Below are positions 8,504 to 18,443 of a stretch of DNA of 64,000 bases, in pieces. Position 1 is the first letter of the stretch. Every line of letters begins with the position of its first letter. This stretch comes from an uncultured delta proteobacterium (lineage in GTDB: Bacteria > Myxococcota > Myxococcia > Myxococcales > Myxococcaceae). Below the pieces are notes generated by a model. The model saw only the letters and a program-made list of their open reading frames with translations, searched no databases and was not told the DNA's origin. Where the stretch lies: the NCBI GenBank assembly GCA_963771175.1, contig CAVYSY010000026.1:192001-256000 (forward strand), given 5' to 3'. A program made the translations under genes and the position numbers.

Positions 8504-8839
8504 ATGAGTTCCAACAACAGCACGGTCAGTCCAGAACTCCAGCACTACATGCGCTGCACTGCATGTAAGCGGCGCGTAAGCGAGCACGCTCCTGGTAAGT
8601 GCCTCTACCAGGAAACGGCTCTCGCTCCGTTGACACACAACAATTTTTGTTGCGACACCTTCAAGTCCATTGATTCAGAACTGAGCGCTGATCTGCTTGG
8701 TCGGAAGGAAGACGAGCAGCTCTACGTCAAGCGTCACAATGAACTCGTCGCACTGTGCCCGCATCCACCAAATCGAGTGAGCACGGGCGAATACGGCCTG
8801 GAGTTCTGTACCTGCTGTAACTCCGTCATCGAGAGCTAG
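8504..8839 (+). CDS. Small Cys/His-rich hypothetical protein
   Basis: CTAC...H...C, CC, CPH and CTCC; lower GC. Confidence 0.5.
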   Translation: MSSNNSTVSPELQHYMRCTACKRRVSEHAPGKCLYQETALAPLTHNNFCCDTFKSIDSELSADLLGRKEDEQLYVKRHNELVALCPHPPNRVSTGEYGLEFCTCCNSVIES

Positions 8840-8918
8840 ACGGGCTCGATGAACGAGAAGCTGCAACGCACTCCAAGGGAGGCGGCTCGGGCTGCTCGCC
8901 GTCATCGTCGGCAGGGCA

Positions 8919-9143
8919 TCACGCCAGGATCTCGATTCCGACCAGGACTCCATCCTGGTCGAAGTCGAGCACCACATCGGGACCCGTGTACGAGCCCATG
9001 AGTTCGGCCAGCTTGATCGACTTCGACATCTTGCAGGTCTCTCCGGGGTGACTCGGGAGGCGCAAATAGGCGACGTCCTGATCGTCCTCAGAGACTTGCA
9101 GCTCGAAGCGCCCGAGCTTCTTCTTGGAATCCGCCTGCCCCAT
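8919..9143 (-). CDS. DUF2283-family protein, copy 2 (probable orphan immunity)
   Basis: Near-identical to 126-350. Confidence 0.8.
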   Translation of the reverse strand: MGQADSKKKLGRFELQVSEDDQDVAYLRLPSHPGETCKMSKSIKLAELMGSYTGPDVVLDFDQDGVLVGIEILA

Positions 9144-9163
9144 TACGGCCTCCAGGCCATGAA

Positions 9164-9598
9164 CTACGGCGTTTCCCCCAGCTCACGGAGCTTGCCGCGT
9201 GCAATCTCGTTCAGCGGCTCCTTCTGGAGGATGCGACGGTAGAGCCGCACTTTCTCGGCCGGCTCACGTGCCAGCGCCGCCTCCAAGGTGAGAACCTGCA
9301 CGTGCTCCGGGTCCAACGCCTGGGCCATGCCGAGCTGCCGACTCGCTTCGCCGTCTTCTCCCATGAGGAAATAGATGAATCCGAATTCAACCCGTGCGAG
9401 CACATCCTTGGGCATCAGCTCCAAGAGTCGTTCATAGGTGGGCACCGATACCTCGGGCTCAGCGTAGAACTTTCCTGCAAGCACCGGGAGTACAGCGGGA
9501 TCGGAAACGTGACGGAGCGCATCGCGGAAGGCCCGCTCTGCCTCTGCTCCTCCTGTCTCCAGCACTCGCTTCGCCAGATATTCGAAATGGTCCGTCAT
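9164..9598 (-). CDS. TPR-like protein, probable cognate immunity protein of toxin copy 2
   Basis: ATGA overlap with the toxin stop; helical TPR-like repeats (ARVEFGFIYF...ALDP). Confidence 0.65.
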   Translation of the reverse strand: MTDHFEYLAKRVLETGGAEAERAFRDALRHVSDPAVLPVLAGKFYAEPEVSVPTYERLLELMPKDVLARVEFGFIYFLMGEDGEASRQLGMAQALDPEHVQVLTLEAALAREPAEKVRLYRRILQKEPLNEIARGKLRELGETP

Positions 9599-10900
9599 GG
9601 GGGAATGAAAGCGGTGTTGATGGTGATTCGACCGTCCGTGTACTTGAACCAGCGAATGGTCAGGTTCGCAATCCCCCCGAACCTATCATTGATCTTGAGG
9701 GTGCTCTCGAAGATGGACCCTTTGGGGGTTGTGGCCAATGCGCTCACCTTCCCATCGAGCTGGCGGACAGCGTCGATGAGGAACTGTCGTTGCTCTGGCC
9801 ACGTTGGAGCCAGGCGGTCCAGGTTGTGCTTGGGAACGTCTACGTGCGCATCTTTGACCGAGATGTCATCACCGCTCGCCGGGAGCGGAGCGCTCGTGGC
9901 ACCCGACCCCTGAGCCGACATCGCCACGGCGCCCGGAGTAAGTGCGATGGTGACGGCCTCGGCACTCACGGCAACCGTCTCGACCTCCCCCACTGCCGCG
10001 AGGCGGAGGCCCACCTGCGTCTCCGCCTGCGCCGCCGCCTGCATCGCACCGGGCAGCGTCGGCACCTTCGCCGCTAATCCCGTCGCCGTGTTGCCGAGCA
10101 CCACCGTGGCCAGCATGGCGAACGCACGCGCTGCGTTGCGCCCCATGACCTTCCCGTACCGCTCCCCGGCCCCGCGCAGCTCGTTGAACGTGGCGGCCCG
10201 ATCCACCTCGTCCATCAGCCGCTTGAAGCCCACGACGAGGCCCCAGAAGGTGTCGACGCCCACGTAGGAGATGAGGGTGGCGGTCATCACCGCCGCGAGA
10301 CCCTTCGAGACCGTCACGTCGGGAATCGGAGATGAGGAGCATGTACGTGGTCCAGGTCCAGAGAACCGCCGCCACCATGGCGTGGGGGTCGGCCATGTCC
10401 TTGAACGCCTCCAGCATCTCGTCGAGCACGGCGCCCTTGGCAAGGGCCAGGGCCAGGGCGAAACGGCCGTCCCCGTTGACGATGGGGCTCTCCGTCAGCA
10501 GGCGGAGACAGTCTCCGGGCCTGCCGGTGCGCTCGCACCAGCGCAGATAGTCGCGCGTCAACTCCACCTCCGCCGCCGGTGGTGCCCCCTCCAGATGTTC
10601 GTCCGGCCCGAGCGGAGTGACGCGGCGGCTGTGTGTCTCGTACGTGTACGAACCACTCCGCGCCTCGACCTCGAACAACTTCCGGGCGGCCTCCTGGGGC
10701 CGAGCGGAGGGCCGAATCTCCCAGGCACGCTTCGCCACGGCCTCCTTGAACTCGTCGCCGTTCAACTTCACCGGCTCGGCACCGGAGCGTGGGGTGAAAA
10801 CGAGAGTGTCGGCCTGGCCCGTGTCCAGGCGCACGACCCGAGAAGCGGTAGCACACCCGGCGAGGAGCACCAGCAGCGCCGCCGTCCAGCCCAGCTTCAT
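9595..10900 (-). CDS. sitA5: SitA5-like lipoprotein polymorphic toxin, copy 2 (extra base ~10328), with a different C-terminal toxin
   Basis: N-terminus near-identical to copy 1; after VAMSA reads ...AHVDVPKHNL...ITINTAFIPP. Confidence 0.75.
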
Positions 10901-11123
10901 GGGAATTCCCCCTGATGATGGCCACTCCCTGATTGGTAGCCATTCCAACTGTGTACCCTATTGGTCTGACAACGCCCGGTGTCCGCCGCTCTCGGCGGCG
11001 TCAATCGAGGGGCTCATCAAGAGCGCCCGTGCTTCGGCATAAGGACCTTGGCGGTCATCCCCGCTGACGTCCTGGCTGGTTGGCCAGTTCGTCTTCATCC
11101 AACCCACCCGAGGAGGAATCCAG

Positions 11124-11492
11124 ATGGAACACGTCAGCCTCTCCGCCGAGTTGGGGGAGATTCGTTATGCCATCGAGGGCGCCCACTGGATCGCGGACAG
11201 CGTCGCCATGGGCGCGGTGCCCGACCCGGAGCGGACGCACAGCGCGCCCGTCATCATCAGCGCCATCCTGCTGCTGGTGGAGACCAGGCTGCATCAACTC
11301 GGCCGTGTACTTCGAGGCGAGGAGAATCCGGGGCACTTGTTGACGCCGCACAACGCCACCACCCAGGAGGAGGCGGACAAGGATGACGTGGTTCTGCGGG
11401 CCTGGGTCCAGGTCACTTCGGTGCGAGCACCTTCGCGCGGTTCGCCGCGCTCATCGCGTTTGGCCACCCTGCGTAGAACGCGAGGTGCGTGA
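11124..11492 (+). CDS. Hypothetical protein, copy 2; homology ends ~11405 (truncated at the island edge)
   Basis: Near-identical to the ORF at 1890. Confidence 0.55.
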   Translation: MEHVSLSAELGEIRYAIEGAHWIADSVAMGAVPDPERTHSAPVIISAILLLVETRLHQLGRVLRGEENPGHLLTPHNATTQEEADKDDVVLRAWVQVTSVRAPSRGSPRSSRLATLRRTRGA

Positions 11493-11736
11493 TCATCTCG
11501 ACCAGCTCCTCCTGCGTGACGCCGTTCGCGAGGGCCTTCGGGAAGTGGAAGTCCATCTGCTCGGTCTTGCCCATCGCGATGAGGGCCGCGCAGGTGATGA
11601 GACTCCGGTCGCGCTTGCTGAGCTGCGGTCGCTCCCAGACATCGGCAAAGAGGACTTCATCGGTGAGCTCCACGAGCTTCGGCGCGAAGTCCCCGAGTGC
11701 CTGCTGGGCAGCGGTGGGTTCGGACTTGGTACTCAT
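11413..11736 (-). CDS. Carboxymuconolactone decarboxylase family protein
   Basis: LFADVWERPQLSKRDRSLIT...HLAFYAGWP. Confidence 0.9.
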   Translation of the reverse strand: MSTKSEPTAAQQALGDFAPKLVELTDEVLFADVWERPQLSKRDRSLITCAALIAMGKTEQMDFHFPKALANGVTQEELVEMITHLAFYAGWPNAMSAANRAKVLAPK

Positions 11737-11782
11737 GGTGTCTGCTCCTTCTCGGGCGGCAGGTTGCACATCTGACGCGGCT

Positions 11783-12292
11783 TCACGGCGCCTCCTCGGC
11801 CAGCTCGAAGCGGACCACAAAGCCGCCGCGGGCTCCCGCCAGCTTCTCGACCCCCGACTCGATGTGGCCCAGCTTGACGAGCCCGCTCGAGTATCCGAAG
11901 TCGCGATAGAAGATCGCCAGGTTTCCCCACGGGGCGTAGTACGTGAGATCGCCGATCTCTGGGTCCACGCCCGGCGGCGTGCCGCTGGTCGAAAGCCGCC
12001 TCGGCAAGTCGCTCACCTTCTCCGTCCCCGCGTAGTCGCGCAGCGTGAGGTTGAGCGGCAGCAGCGAGACGAAGTCACGCGTCGCGGCGTTGTCGTCCAA
12101 CGTGGCGGTCAAGACCGTGTCTTCCGTGATCAGTCGGAGCTTCATGGTGGCAACCTGTCGGGGTGAACTGTCGGTATCGGTCGAAGGCGACGGTGGGCTC
12201 TCGGCATCCGCCGCACGAGACGGCCCAGTACAGTCGCAGCTCGCCAGGGCGAGGACAGCGAGCACGAGCTTGATGGTCGAACGCCTACGCAT
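11783..12292 (-). CDS. Cyclophilin-like fold protein with signal or lipoprotein leader
   Basis: ATLDDNAATRDFVSLLPL...EK...GDLTYYAPWGNLAIFY. Confidence 0.8.
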   Translation of the reverse strand: MRRRSTIKLVLAVLALASCDCTGPSRAADAESPPSPSTDTDSSPRQVATMKLRLITEDTVLTATLDDNAATRDFVSLLPLNLTLRDYAGTEKVSDLPRRLSTSGTPPGVDPEIGDLTYYAPWGNLAIFYRDFGYSSGLVKLGHIESGVEKLAGARGGFVVRFELAEEAP

Positions 12293-12309
12293 CGGCTCCT
12301 CCCAAGCAC

Positions 12310-13327
12310 TCACGGCCGCAGGAGCGTCTTGATGGCGCGCCTTTCGTCCATCGCGCGGTAGCCCTCGGCGACCTGGTCGAGGGGCAGCGTGAGGTCGAAG
12401 ACCTTTCCGGGTTCGACCTTCCGGTTCCAGACGAGGTCGATGAGGTTCGGCAGGTAGCGGCGCACCGGCGCGGGGCCGCCGTGCAGATGGACGTGCGTGA
12501 AGAACAGGCTCTGCCCGTCGAGGGTGACGCCATGCGGCACGCCGACGTAGCTCACGTAGCCCCCGGGGCGCGTGGCGCCGATCGCCTGCTGCATCGACTC
12601 CTGCGTGCCCACGCACTCGAGCACCGCGTCGGCGCCCACGCCCCTGGTGAGGTCTTTGATGCGCGCGACGCCCTCGGCGCCACGCTCGGTCACGATGTCC
12701 GTCGCGCCGTACTCGCGCGCGAGCCTCTGCCGGGAGGCGTGCCGGCTCATCGCGATGATGCGCTCGGCGCCCATCTGCTTTGCGGCGAGCACGGCGAGGA
12801 GGCCGACCGCTCCGTCGCCCACGACGGTGACGGTCATCCCGGGTTTCACGTTGGCCGCGTCGGCCGCGAACCAGCCGGTCCCGAACACATCGGACGCAGC
12901 CAGCAGGCTCGGCACGAGGTCGTCCGGTGGGACCTCGGGCGTCGCGACGAGCGTCCCGTCGGCGAGCGGGACGCGAAGCCTGGGGGCCTGCGCGCCGACG
13001 ACGGACTCTCGGTGCTGACACGACGTCTGGTAGCCCGCTTTGCAGTGAGGGCAGGTGTTGTCGGAAGCGAAGAAGGAGCCGATGACGAACTGGCCCGGTT
13101 TGACCGAGGTGACGGCGCGTGCCGACCTCCTCGACGATGCCGCAGTACTCGTGGCCCATCGGCGTCGGCTCGGTCACCTCCTGTACGCCTCGATAGGGCC
13201 AGAGGTCCGAGCCGCAGACGCACGTGGCCGAGATCCGGATGACGGCGTCCGTCGGCGTGAGGATCTTCGGGTCGGCTCGCTCTTCGAAACGTACGTCACC
13301 GGGCCTGTAGAGAACGGTGGCTCGCAT
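12310..13327 (-). CDS. Zinc-dependent alcohol dehydrogenase family protein (frameshift ~13115)
   Basis: CVCGSDLW, GHE and GDGAVG motifs. Confidence 0.85.
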
Positions 13328-13399
13328 GGCAGTTCCTTTCGTCGTGGCTCGTGGAAGAAACATGCGCCTCCGCGGCCGCACGGAGAAGGCCCGGGTGCG

Positions 13400-13426
13400 G
13401 GATGGGCTGTTAAGCCAGGATTGACA
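13400..13426 (-). promoter_or_regulatory. Putative LysR operator, copy A
   Basis: TGTCAA-N5-GCTTAACAGCCCATCC, also present at 14480-14506. Confidence 0.6.
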
Positions 13427-13466
13427 ATCGTCACTGGGGCGGGGATGTAGATCGCAGGCCCAGCCC

Positions 13467-14396
13467 GTGAACACGACCCTGTTTCCCCAGCTCCAAGCCT
13501 TCCTCGCCGTCGCTCGGTCGCGGAGCTTCAGCGGCGCCGCACGCGAGCTCGGTGTCTCGCGCTCGGCGGTGAGCCAAAGCGTGCGCCAGCTCGAGGAGGA
13601 GCTCCGAGTGACCCTCGTTGCACGCACGACGCGCAGCGTGTCCCTCACCGATGCGGGAAGGCGCCTCTTGGAGTCTGCGGGCCCGGCCGTCGCACAGGTG
13701 CGCGCGGCACTCACGGAGGTCACCGCGAAACCTGGGGAGGTGGTCGGCCGCGTGCGGTTGACGGTGCCCCGCTCAGCGTTCCACTTCGTGATCGAGCCCG
13801 TCTTGCCGAAGTTCCGAGAGCGCCATCCTCGCATCGAGGTCGAGCTTGTCTTCGAAGATCGACGGGTGGACATCGTCGGTGAGGGCTACGACGCGGGCAT
13901 TCGCCTGAGTGAGTTCGTCGAGCGCGACATGGTGAGCGTCCGACTCACCGACTCCTTTCGGTTCATCGTCATCGGTGCCCCCGACTACCTCGACAAGCAC
14001 GGGACTCCAGAGCGCCCCGAAGATCTCCTTCATCATGAGTGCCTGACGTTTCGCTCGGACACCACGGGCTCGCTGTATGCGTGGGAGTTCGAACGGGGCC
14101 GCCGGACGTGGCGCGTTCCGGTTCGAGGAAGCCTTGTCGTCAATGACGGTCTTTTCTGCACGGCATGGGCTGAGCAGGGGCTCGGCCTGGCGTACGCGAT
14201 GGAACCTCTGGTCAACGAGCAGCTCCGCACGGGAAGTCTTCGGCGCGTGCTCGAGCCGTACGCTGCGGCTGTTCCCGGCTTCTTTCTCTACTATCCCAGT
14301 CGAGCCCAGAGCTCCGCCCCGCTCCGGCTCTTCGTCGAGACGGTTCGTGAGCTGACCGGGAAGCCGCCGTCGGCGAAGACGCGGCCTCAGCCTTGA
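13467..14396 (+). CDS. LysR-family transcriptional regulator
   Basis: FLAVARSRSFSGAARELGVSRSAVSQ HTH; RTTRSVSLT. Confidence 0.95.
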   Translation: MNTTLFPQLQAFLAVARSRSFSGAARELGVSRSAVSQSVRQLEEELRVTLVARTTRSVSLTDAGRRLLESAGPAVAQVRAALTEVTAKPGEVVGRVRLTVPRSAFHFVIEPVLPKFRERHPRIEVELVFEDRRVDIVGEGYDAGIRLSEFVERDMVSVRLTDSFRFIVIGAPDYLDKHGTPERPEDLLHHECLTFRSDTTGSLYAWEFERGRRTWRVPVRGSLVVNDGLFCTAWAEQGLGLAYAMEPLVNEQLRTGSLRRVLEPYAAAVPGFFLYYPSRAQSSAPLRLFVETVRELTGKPPSAKTRPQP

Positions 14397-14479
14397 GGCC
14401 ATCTCCGGCCTCGCCGTCGAGGTCGTCGAAACCGGGGCGATTTCAACGCGCCGACCCGCCGGCCGACGCCGTCGCGCAC

Positions 14480-14506
14480 TGTCAAGCTCCGCTTAACAGC
14501 CCATCC
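14480..14506 (+). promoter_or_regulatory. Putative LysR operator, copy B
   Basis: Same motif as 13400-13426, oriented towards the hydrolase operon. Confidence 0.6.
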
Positions 14507-14613
14507 ATCAACCGACGCCTAGTTCGTTGACGAGAGCGAGCGCATGTTCCTGTTGCAGCGGTCAGGAGGGCAACAGCGACTGCGGCGATGACGTCACGAC
14601 AAGGAGATCAACG

Positions 14614-15729
14614 ATGGAAACCAGGTCTGATGCCGCGGAAAACGCGGCTCCAAAGCAATCCGTAGGCCTGAGCGTCAGCCGACGCCACCTTGTGAAGTTG
14701 GCAGGTGTCGCTGCCGCCCTGGGGGCGCTCGCTTGCCAGAGTGCGGCGCATCCCACGCGAGGCGCTGCGTTCGCGCAGGGCACCGGGGTCTGGGACAAGA
14801 CCTTTCCGCAAAGCGCTCTGGTGAATCACGAGAAGGTGTCCTTCAACAATCGACTCGGTATCAAGCTCGTCGCTGATCTGTACGTACCCAAGAACCTGGA
14901 CCGGAAGAAGCGCTCCCCCGCCATCGTCGTCGGACACCCGTTCGGTGGCGTAAAGGAACAGACGTCGGGGCTCTACGCCCAGACGATGGCCGAGCGAGGC
15001 TTCGTCACCCTGGCCTTCGACGCTTCCTACAACGGAGAGAGCGGCGGCCAGCCCCACTTCATCGCGTCACCGGAAGCCTTCGTCGAGGATTTCAGCGCCG
15101 CCGTGGACTACCTCGGCCTGAACCCGCTGGTCGACCGGAACCGCCTCGGCGTCATCGGCATCTGCGGCAGCGGCGGATTCGCGCTCAGTGCGGCGCAGAT
15201 CGACCCGCGGATGAAGGCCATCGCGACGGTCAGCATGTACGACATGGGGCGCGATCGCCGGCAAGGCTTTGGCGACACGATGTCCGAGGCGGATCGCAGG
15301 AACGCGCTCGAGGACATCGCCCAGCAGCGCTGGATCGAGGCCGAGGGCGGCGAGAAGAAGTACGTCATCGGGACACCCGAGAAGATCACCGCCGATTCGC
15401 CCGACGCTGCGAAGGAGTTCTACGACTACTACCGCACGCCGCGCGGCCAGCACCCCCGCTCGACGACGGCCATGTCATTGACCAGCAACGGCGCGCTGAT
15501 GCAGTTCTACCCGTTCGAGCACCTCGAGATGATCTCCCCGCGCCCGCTCCTCCTCATCGCGGGCGAGGTCGCCAACTCACGGTACTTCAGCGAGGAAGCG
15601 TTCCGCCGCGCCGCCGAACCGAAGGAACTCTACATCGTACCGGGTGCCGGCCACGTGGATCTGTACGACCGCGTGCAGCTCATCCCCTGGGACAAGCTCA
15701 CGTCGTTCTTCAACGAGCATCTTCGCTGA
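14614..15729 (+). CDS. Alpha/beta hydrolase (YcjY-like) with Tat-type leader
   Basis: SRRHLVK leader; HPFGGVKEQ; GICGSGG; HVDLYD. Confidence 0.85.
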   Translation: METRSDAAENAAPKQSVGLSVSRRHLVKLAGVAAALGALACQSAAHPTRGAAFAQGTGVWDKTFPQSALVNHEKVSFNNRLGIKLVADLYVPKNLDRKKRSPAIVVGHPFGGVKEQTSGLYAQTMAERGFVTLAFDASYNGESGGQPHFIASPEAFVEDFSAAVDYLGLNPLVDRNRLGVIGICGSGGFALSAAQIDPRMKAIATVSMYDMGRDRRQGFGDTMSEADRRNALEDIAQQRWIEAEGGEKKYVIGTPEKITADSPDAAKEFYDYYRTPRGQHPRSTTAMSLTSNGALMQFYPFEHLEMISPRPLLLIAGEVANSRYFSEEAFRRAAEPKELYIVPGAGHVDLYDRVQLIPWDKLTSFFNEHLR

Positions 15730-15791
15730 ACAGAAGCGCGCACCCCGGGAATGCGTTGAGCGCGTCGGCTGCGCTGAGTGGAGGAAAGACC

Positions 15792-16565
15792 ATGAGTACA
15801 TCGGAAGAGAAGAGGGACTTCGACGGCAAAGTGGCATTCGTGACCGGCGCCGGAACTGGAATCGGCCGCGCCACGGCGCTGGCATTTGCGCGAGGGGGCG
15901 CCAGCGTGGTGGCCACCGGGCTCTCGGAGCAGCACGTACAGGAAACGGCCCACTTGATCGAAGAGGTCGGCGGGCGAGCCCTCGCCGTGAAGTGTGATGT
16001 CACGCGCACGGAGGACGTGCAGTCGGCGCTGGGTAAGACCATCGAGGTCTTCGGGCGCCTGGATTTCGCGTTCAACAACGCAGGGGTGGAGCAGGCGATC
16101 ACGGCGACGGCGGACCTCACAGAGGAGGAGTGGGACCGGATCGTCAACATCAATCTGCGAGCGGTGTTTGTCTGCATGAAGTACGAGATCCCGCTGATCC
16201 TCGAGCAAGGCGGTGGGGCGATCATCAACACCTCTTCGGGCGCTGGCGTGAAGGGCTTTGCTGGTCAAGCCGCCTACGCTGCGGCGAAGCATGGCGTGAT
16301 CGGTCTCACCCGGTCGGCTGCGCTCGACTACGCGAGCTCGAAACTACGCATCAACGCAGTATGTCCCGGGATCATCGCCACGCCGATGATGGATCGGTTT
16401 ACCGGCGGCACTGCAGAAGGCAGGCAGCGCGTGATCTCCCAGGAGCCGGTCGGTCGCATGGGGCAGCCCGAAGAGATCGCCGCGGCGGTGGTCTGGCTGT
16501 GTTCGGAACCGGCCGCCTTCGTCGTCGGACACGCCATGGTGATCGACGGCGGTCAAACGGCGTAG
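15792..16565 (+). CDS. Short-chain dehydrogenase/reductase
   Basis: TGAGTGIG, NNAG and YAAAK. Confidence 0.95.
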   Translation: MSTSEEKRDFDGKVAFVTGAGTGIGRATALAFARGGASVVATGLSEQHVQETAHLIEEVGGRALAVKCDVTRTEDVQSALGKTIEVFGRLDFAFNNAGVEQAITATADLTEEEWDRIVNINLRAVFVCMKYEIPLILEQGGGAIINTSSGAGVKGFAGQAAYAAAKHGVIGLTRSAALDYASSKLRINAVCPGIIATPMMDRFTGGTAEGRQRVISQEPVGRMGQPEEIAAAVVWLCSEPAAFVVGHAMVIDGGQTA

Positions 16566-16729
16566 CGGTGACTGCACGCCCCCGACAGGTCGCTCTACGC
16601 GCCGGGACAGTCCAGGCGAATGGACGGCTCGCACGTTGTTGAACGTGTCCCTGCTCAGCGACAACTACACCTCCCCATCCTGAGTAACGGCAGCCGTCGG
16701 TAGAACCCGGTGACTCCTGAGGCTCGGCG

Positions 16730-17063
16730 TCAGCCGGTCTCATTCTTCAGCCAGTAGGCGCGACCATCACGAAGTGCCCGCACCAGGAAGTCCGAGAAGG
16801 AGGTGGCGATCTGATCGCAATACTTCGGGTCCGGCCACGCCTCGTGCCAGCCGTCGATAACGGGATAGCGGCCATTCTCCTGCCGGGCCACATCCACCAG
16901 CAGGTAGTTGCCGTCCTGCACGTCGCAGATGGCGTACACCGAAGCCGGACCCCATCTATCGTCATCCTCACCGTAGATTGCCACCCGGGCCCGGACTATC
17001 TCCGAGAGAGGAAGTATCTGGTAGGGTGAATCAGGTAGCCGTTCAATCGAGCAAGCTGCTCAT
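16730..17063 (-). pseudogene. SMI1/KNR4 (SUKH) immunity protein remnant
   Basis: YQILPLSEIVRARVAI...DVQDGNY...IATSFSDFLVRAL; N-terminal part missing. Confidence 0.65.
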
Positions 17064-17168
17064 TGGCGTGGCCATCATCAATTGTCCGTGTAGGGCAGCT
17101 CGGGTCCCACTGCATTCCAGGGGGCTTTGCCTTCATGCTTGAAGTCCGGCGTCTACATCGGCGCATGG

Positions 17169-18314
17169 CTAATGAGCCGTCGGTGAAGCGTCATTCTCGA
17201 GGGAAGTCTCCACGAGTCCCTCGGTCTGCCCCTCCCGCGCACGCACGGCCCGGGGCAGGTGCAGACGGAAGGTGCTGCCCCGGCCCAGCTCGCTCTCCAG
17301 TTCCAGCGTCCCGCCCTGCGCCACCGCGGCACGGAAAGCGATGCTCAAGCCCAGCCCAACGCCACCGGGTTGCCCGGGCCGCACGGGCCGGAAAAGCTCT
17401 CGCTGGCGCTCGGGGCTGATGCCGGGGCCGGAGTCCTCCACCTTGAACACCACCTCGTCCTCCTGCTCCTCCAGCGTGACGCGCACGAAGCCCTTTTCGG
17501 TGTACTTGATGGCGTTCTGGATGAGGTTTCCGAGCGCGTCCACCAACAGGTCCCGGTCCACCCGCATGCGCGCGGACCGGTTGGCGGAGATGTCGAGCCG
17601 CAAGCCCTTGCCGCTGGCATCGTGCTCGTAATCCGCGACGAGCTGGTCGATGACCTGGGCCGGGGCGAGGGTCTCCGGGTGGACCGGCAGCTCCTCGGGT
17701 TTGAAGCGCTCCAGCCGGAGGATGCCGTCGACAAGCCGGCTCAGCCGGCCCACCGTGCGGCGTAGCCGCTCCACGGCCCGGGTGTCCGGCGCGCCCTGCC
17801 CTCTTTCTAGCTGCTGGACATACAGGTTCAGCGTGGAGACAGGCGTGCGCAACTGGTGTGCGATGCCCGCCACGTACTCCGAGCGCTCACGGGCCACCTC
17901 CTCCGCCTGGTACTTCGCGAACCGGCGCGCCGACTCGGCGGCGAGATCGAAGATGGCGATGGAGAAGAACGAGTAATCCTGGACGGAAACCTGCTCGTCC
18001 CGCTCGTCAAGCCAGATGCGGACCGCCTCGATGACGTAGGCGTACTCGCGCACCACCTCCTCGATGGGCACCGCATCGCGCACGCGCTGCTCGGGGTCCA
18101 TCCGTCCGTGGTGCTCCCACAACTTCCGGGGAGACTCAGAGGCTCCTCCCTCGCGCAGCGCACCGCCGATGGTCCGGAGTTGGACGGGCAGGTGGTTCTT
18201 GATTGCGGCCTCCGTCATTTCCGGGATCGCGGGCCCCTCCTGACACCACCGCTCGTACCACCGTTGCACGAGCTCGTCGGTATGGTTGCAGAGCAGCTCT
18301 CCGAGTGAGGCCAT
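17169..18314 (-). CDS. Cytoplasmic sensor histidine kinase
   Basis: AHQLRTP H-box; NLIQNAIKY; DSGPGI; GLGL. Confidence 0.9.
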   Translation of the reverse strand: MASLGELLCNHTDELVQRWYERWCQEGPAIPEMTEAAIKNHLPVQLRTIGGALREGGASESPRKLWEHHGRMDPEQRVRDAVPIEEVVREYAYVIEAVRIWLDERDEQVSVQDYSFFSIAIFDLAAESARRFAKYQAEEVARERSEYVAGIAHQLRTPVSTLNLYVQQLERGQGAPDTRAVERLRRTVGRLSRLVDGILRLERFKPEELPVHPETLAPAQVIDQLVADYEHDASGKGLRLDISANRSARMRVDRDLLVDALGNLIQNAIKYTEKGFVRVTLEEQEDEVVFKVEDSGPGISPERQRELFRPVRPGQPGGVGLGLSIAFRAAVAQGGTLELESELGRGSTFRLHLPRAVRAREGQTEGLVETSLENDASPTAH

Positions 18315-18443
18315 TCCTCGCCTTCCCATGGGGCACCAGGCCACAGAGGAAGATGGCGATTGCGACCGTTATTGCCCACACCGCCCCCGGTGCCCCATCG
18401 AGAAGGGGGCAGCCGACCGAGCAGGGACGCCTGTTGAACCAGC

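Larger units (their letters stand above)
1..11410. mobile_element. Composite accessory island of tandem integrative-element remnants carrying polymorphic toxin cassettes; left end lies outside the window
   Basis: tRNA att fragment, integrase fragment, excisionase-like HTH, iteron-like array, lower-GC segments and duplicated toxin cassettes; similarity between the copies stops abruptly at ~11405, next to the CMD gene. Confidence 0.75.

Noticed and set aside
11783..13873. 696-aa ADH/cyclophilin fusion
   Set aside because: Artefact of a frameshift in the ADH gene joining separate genes
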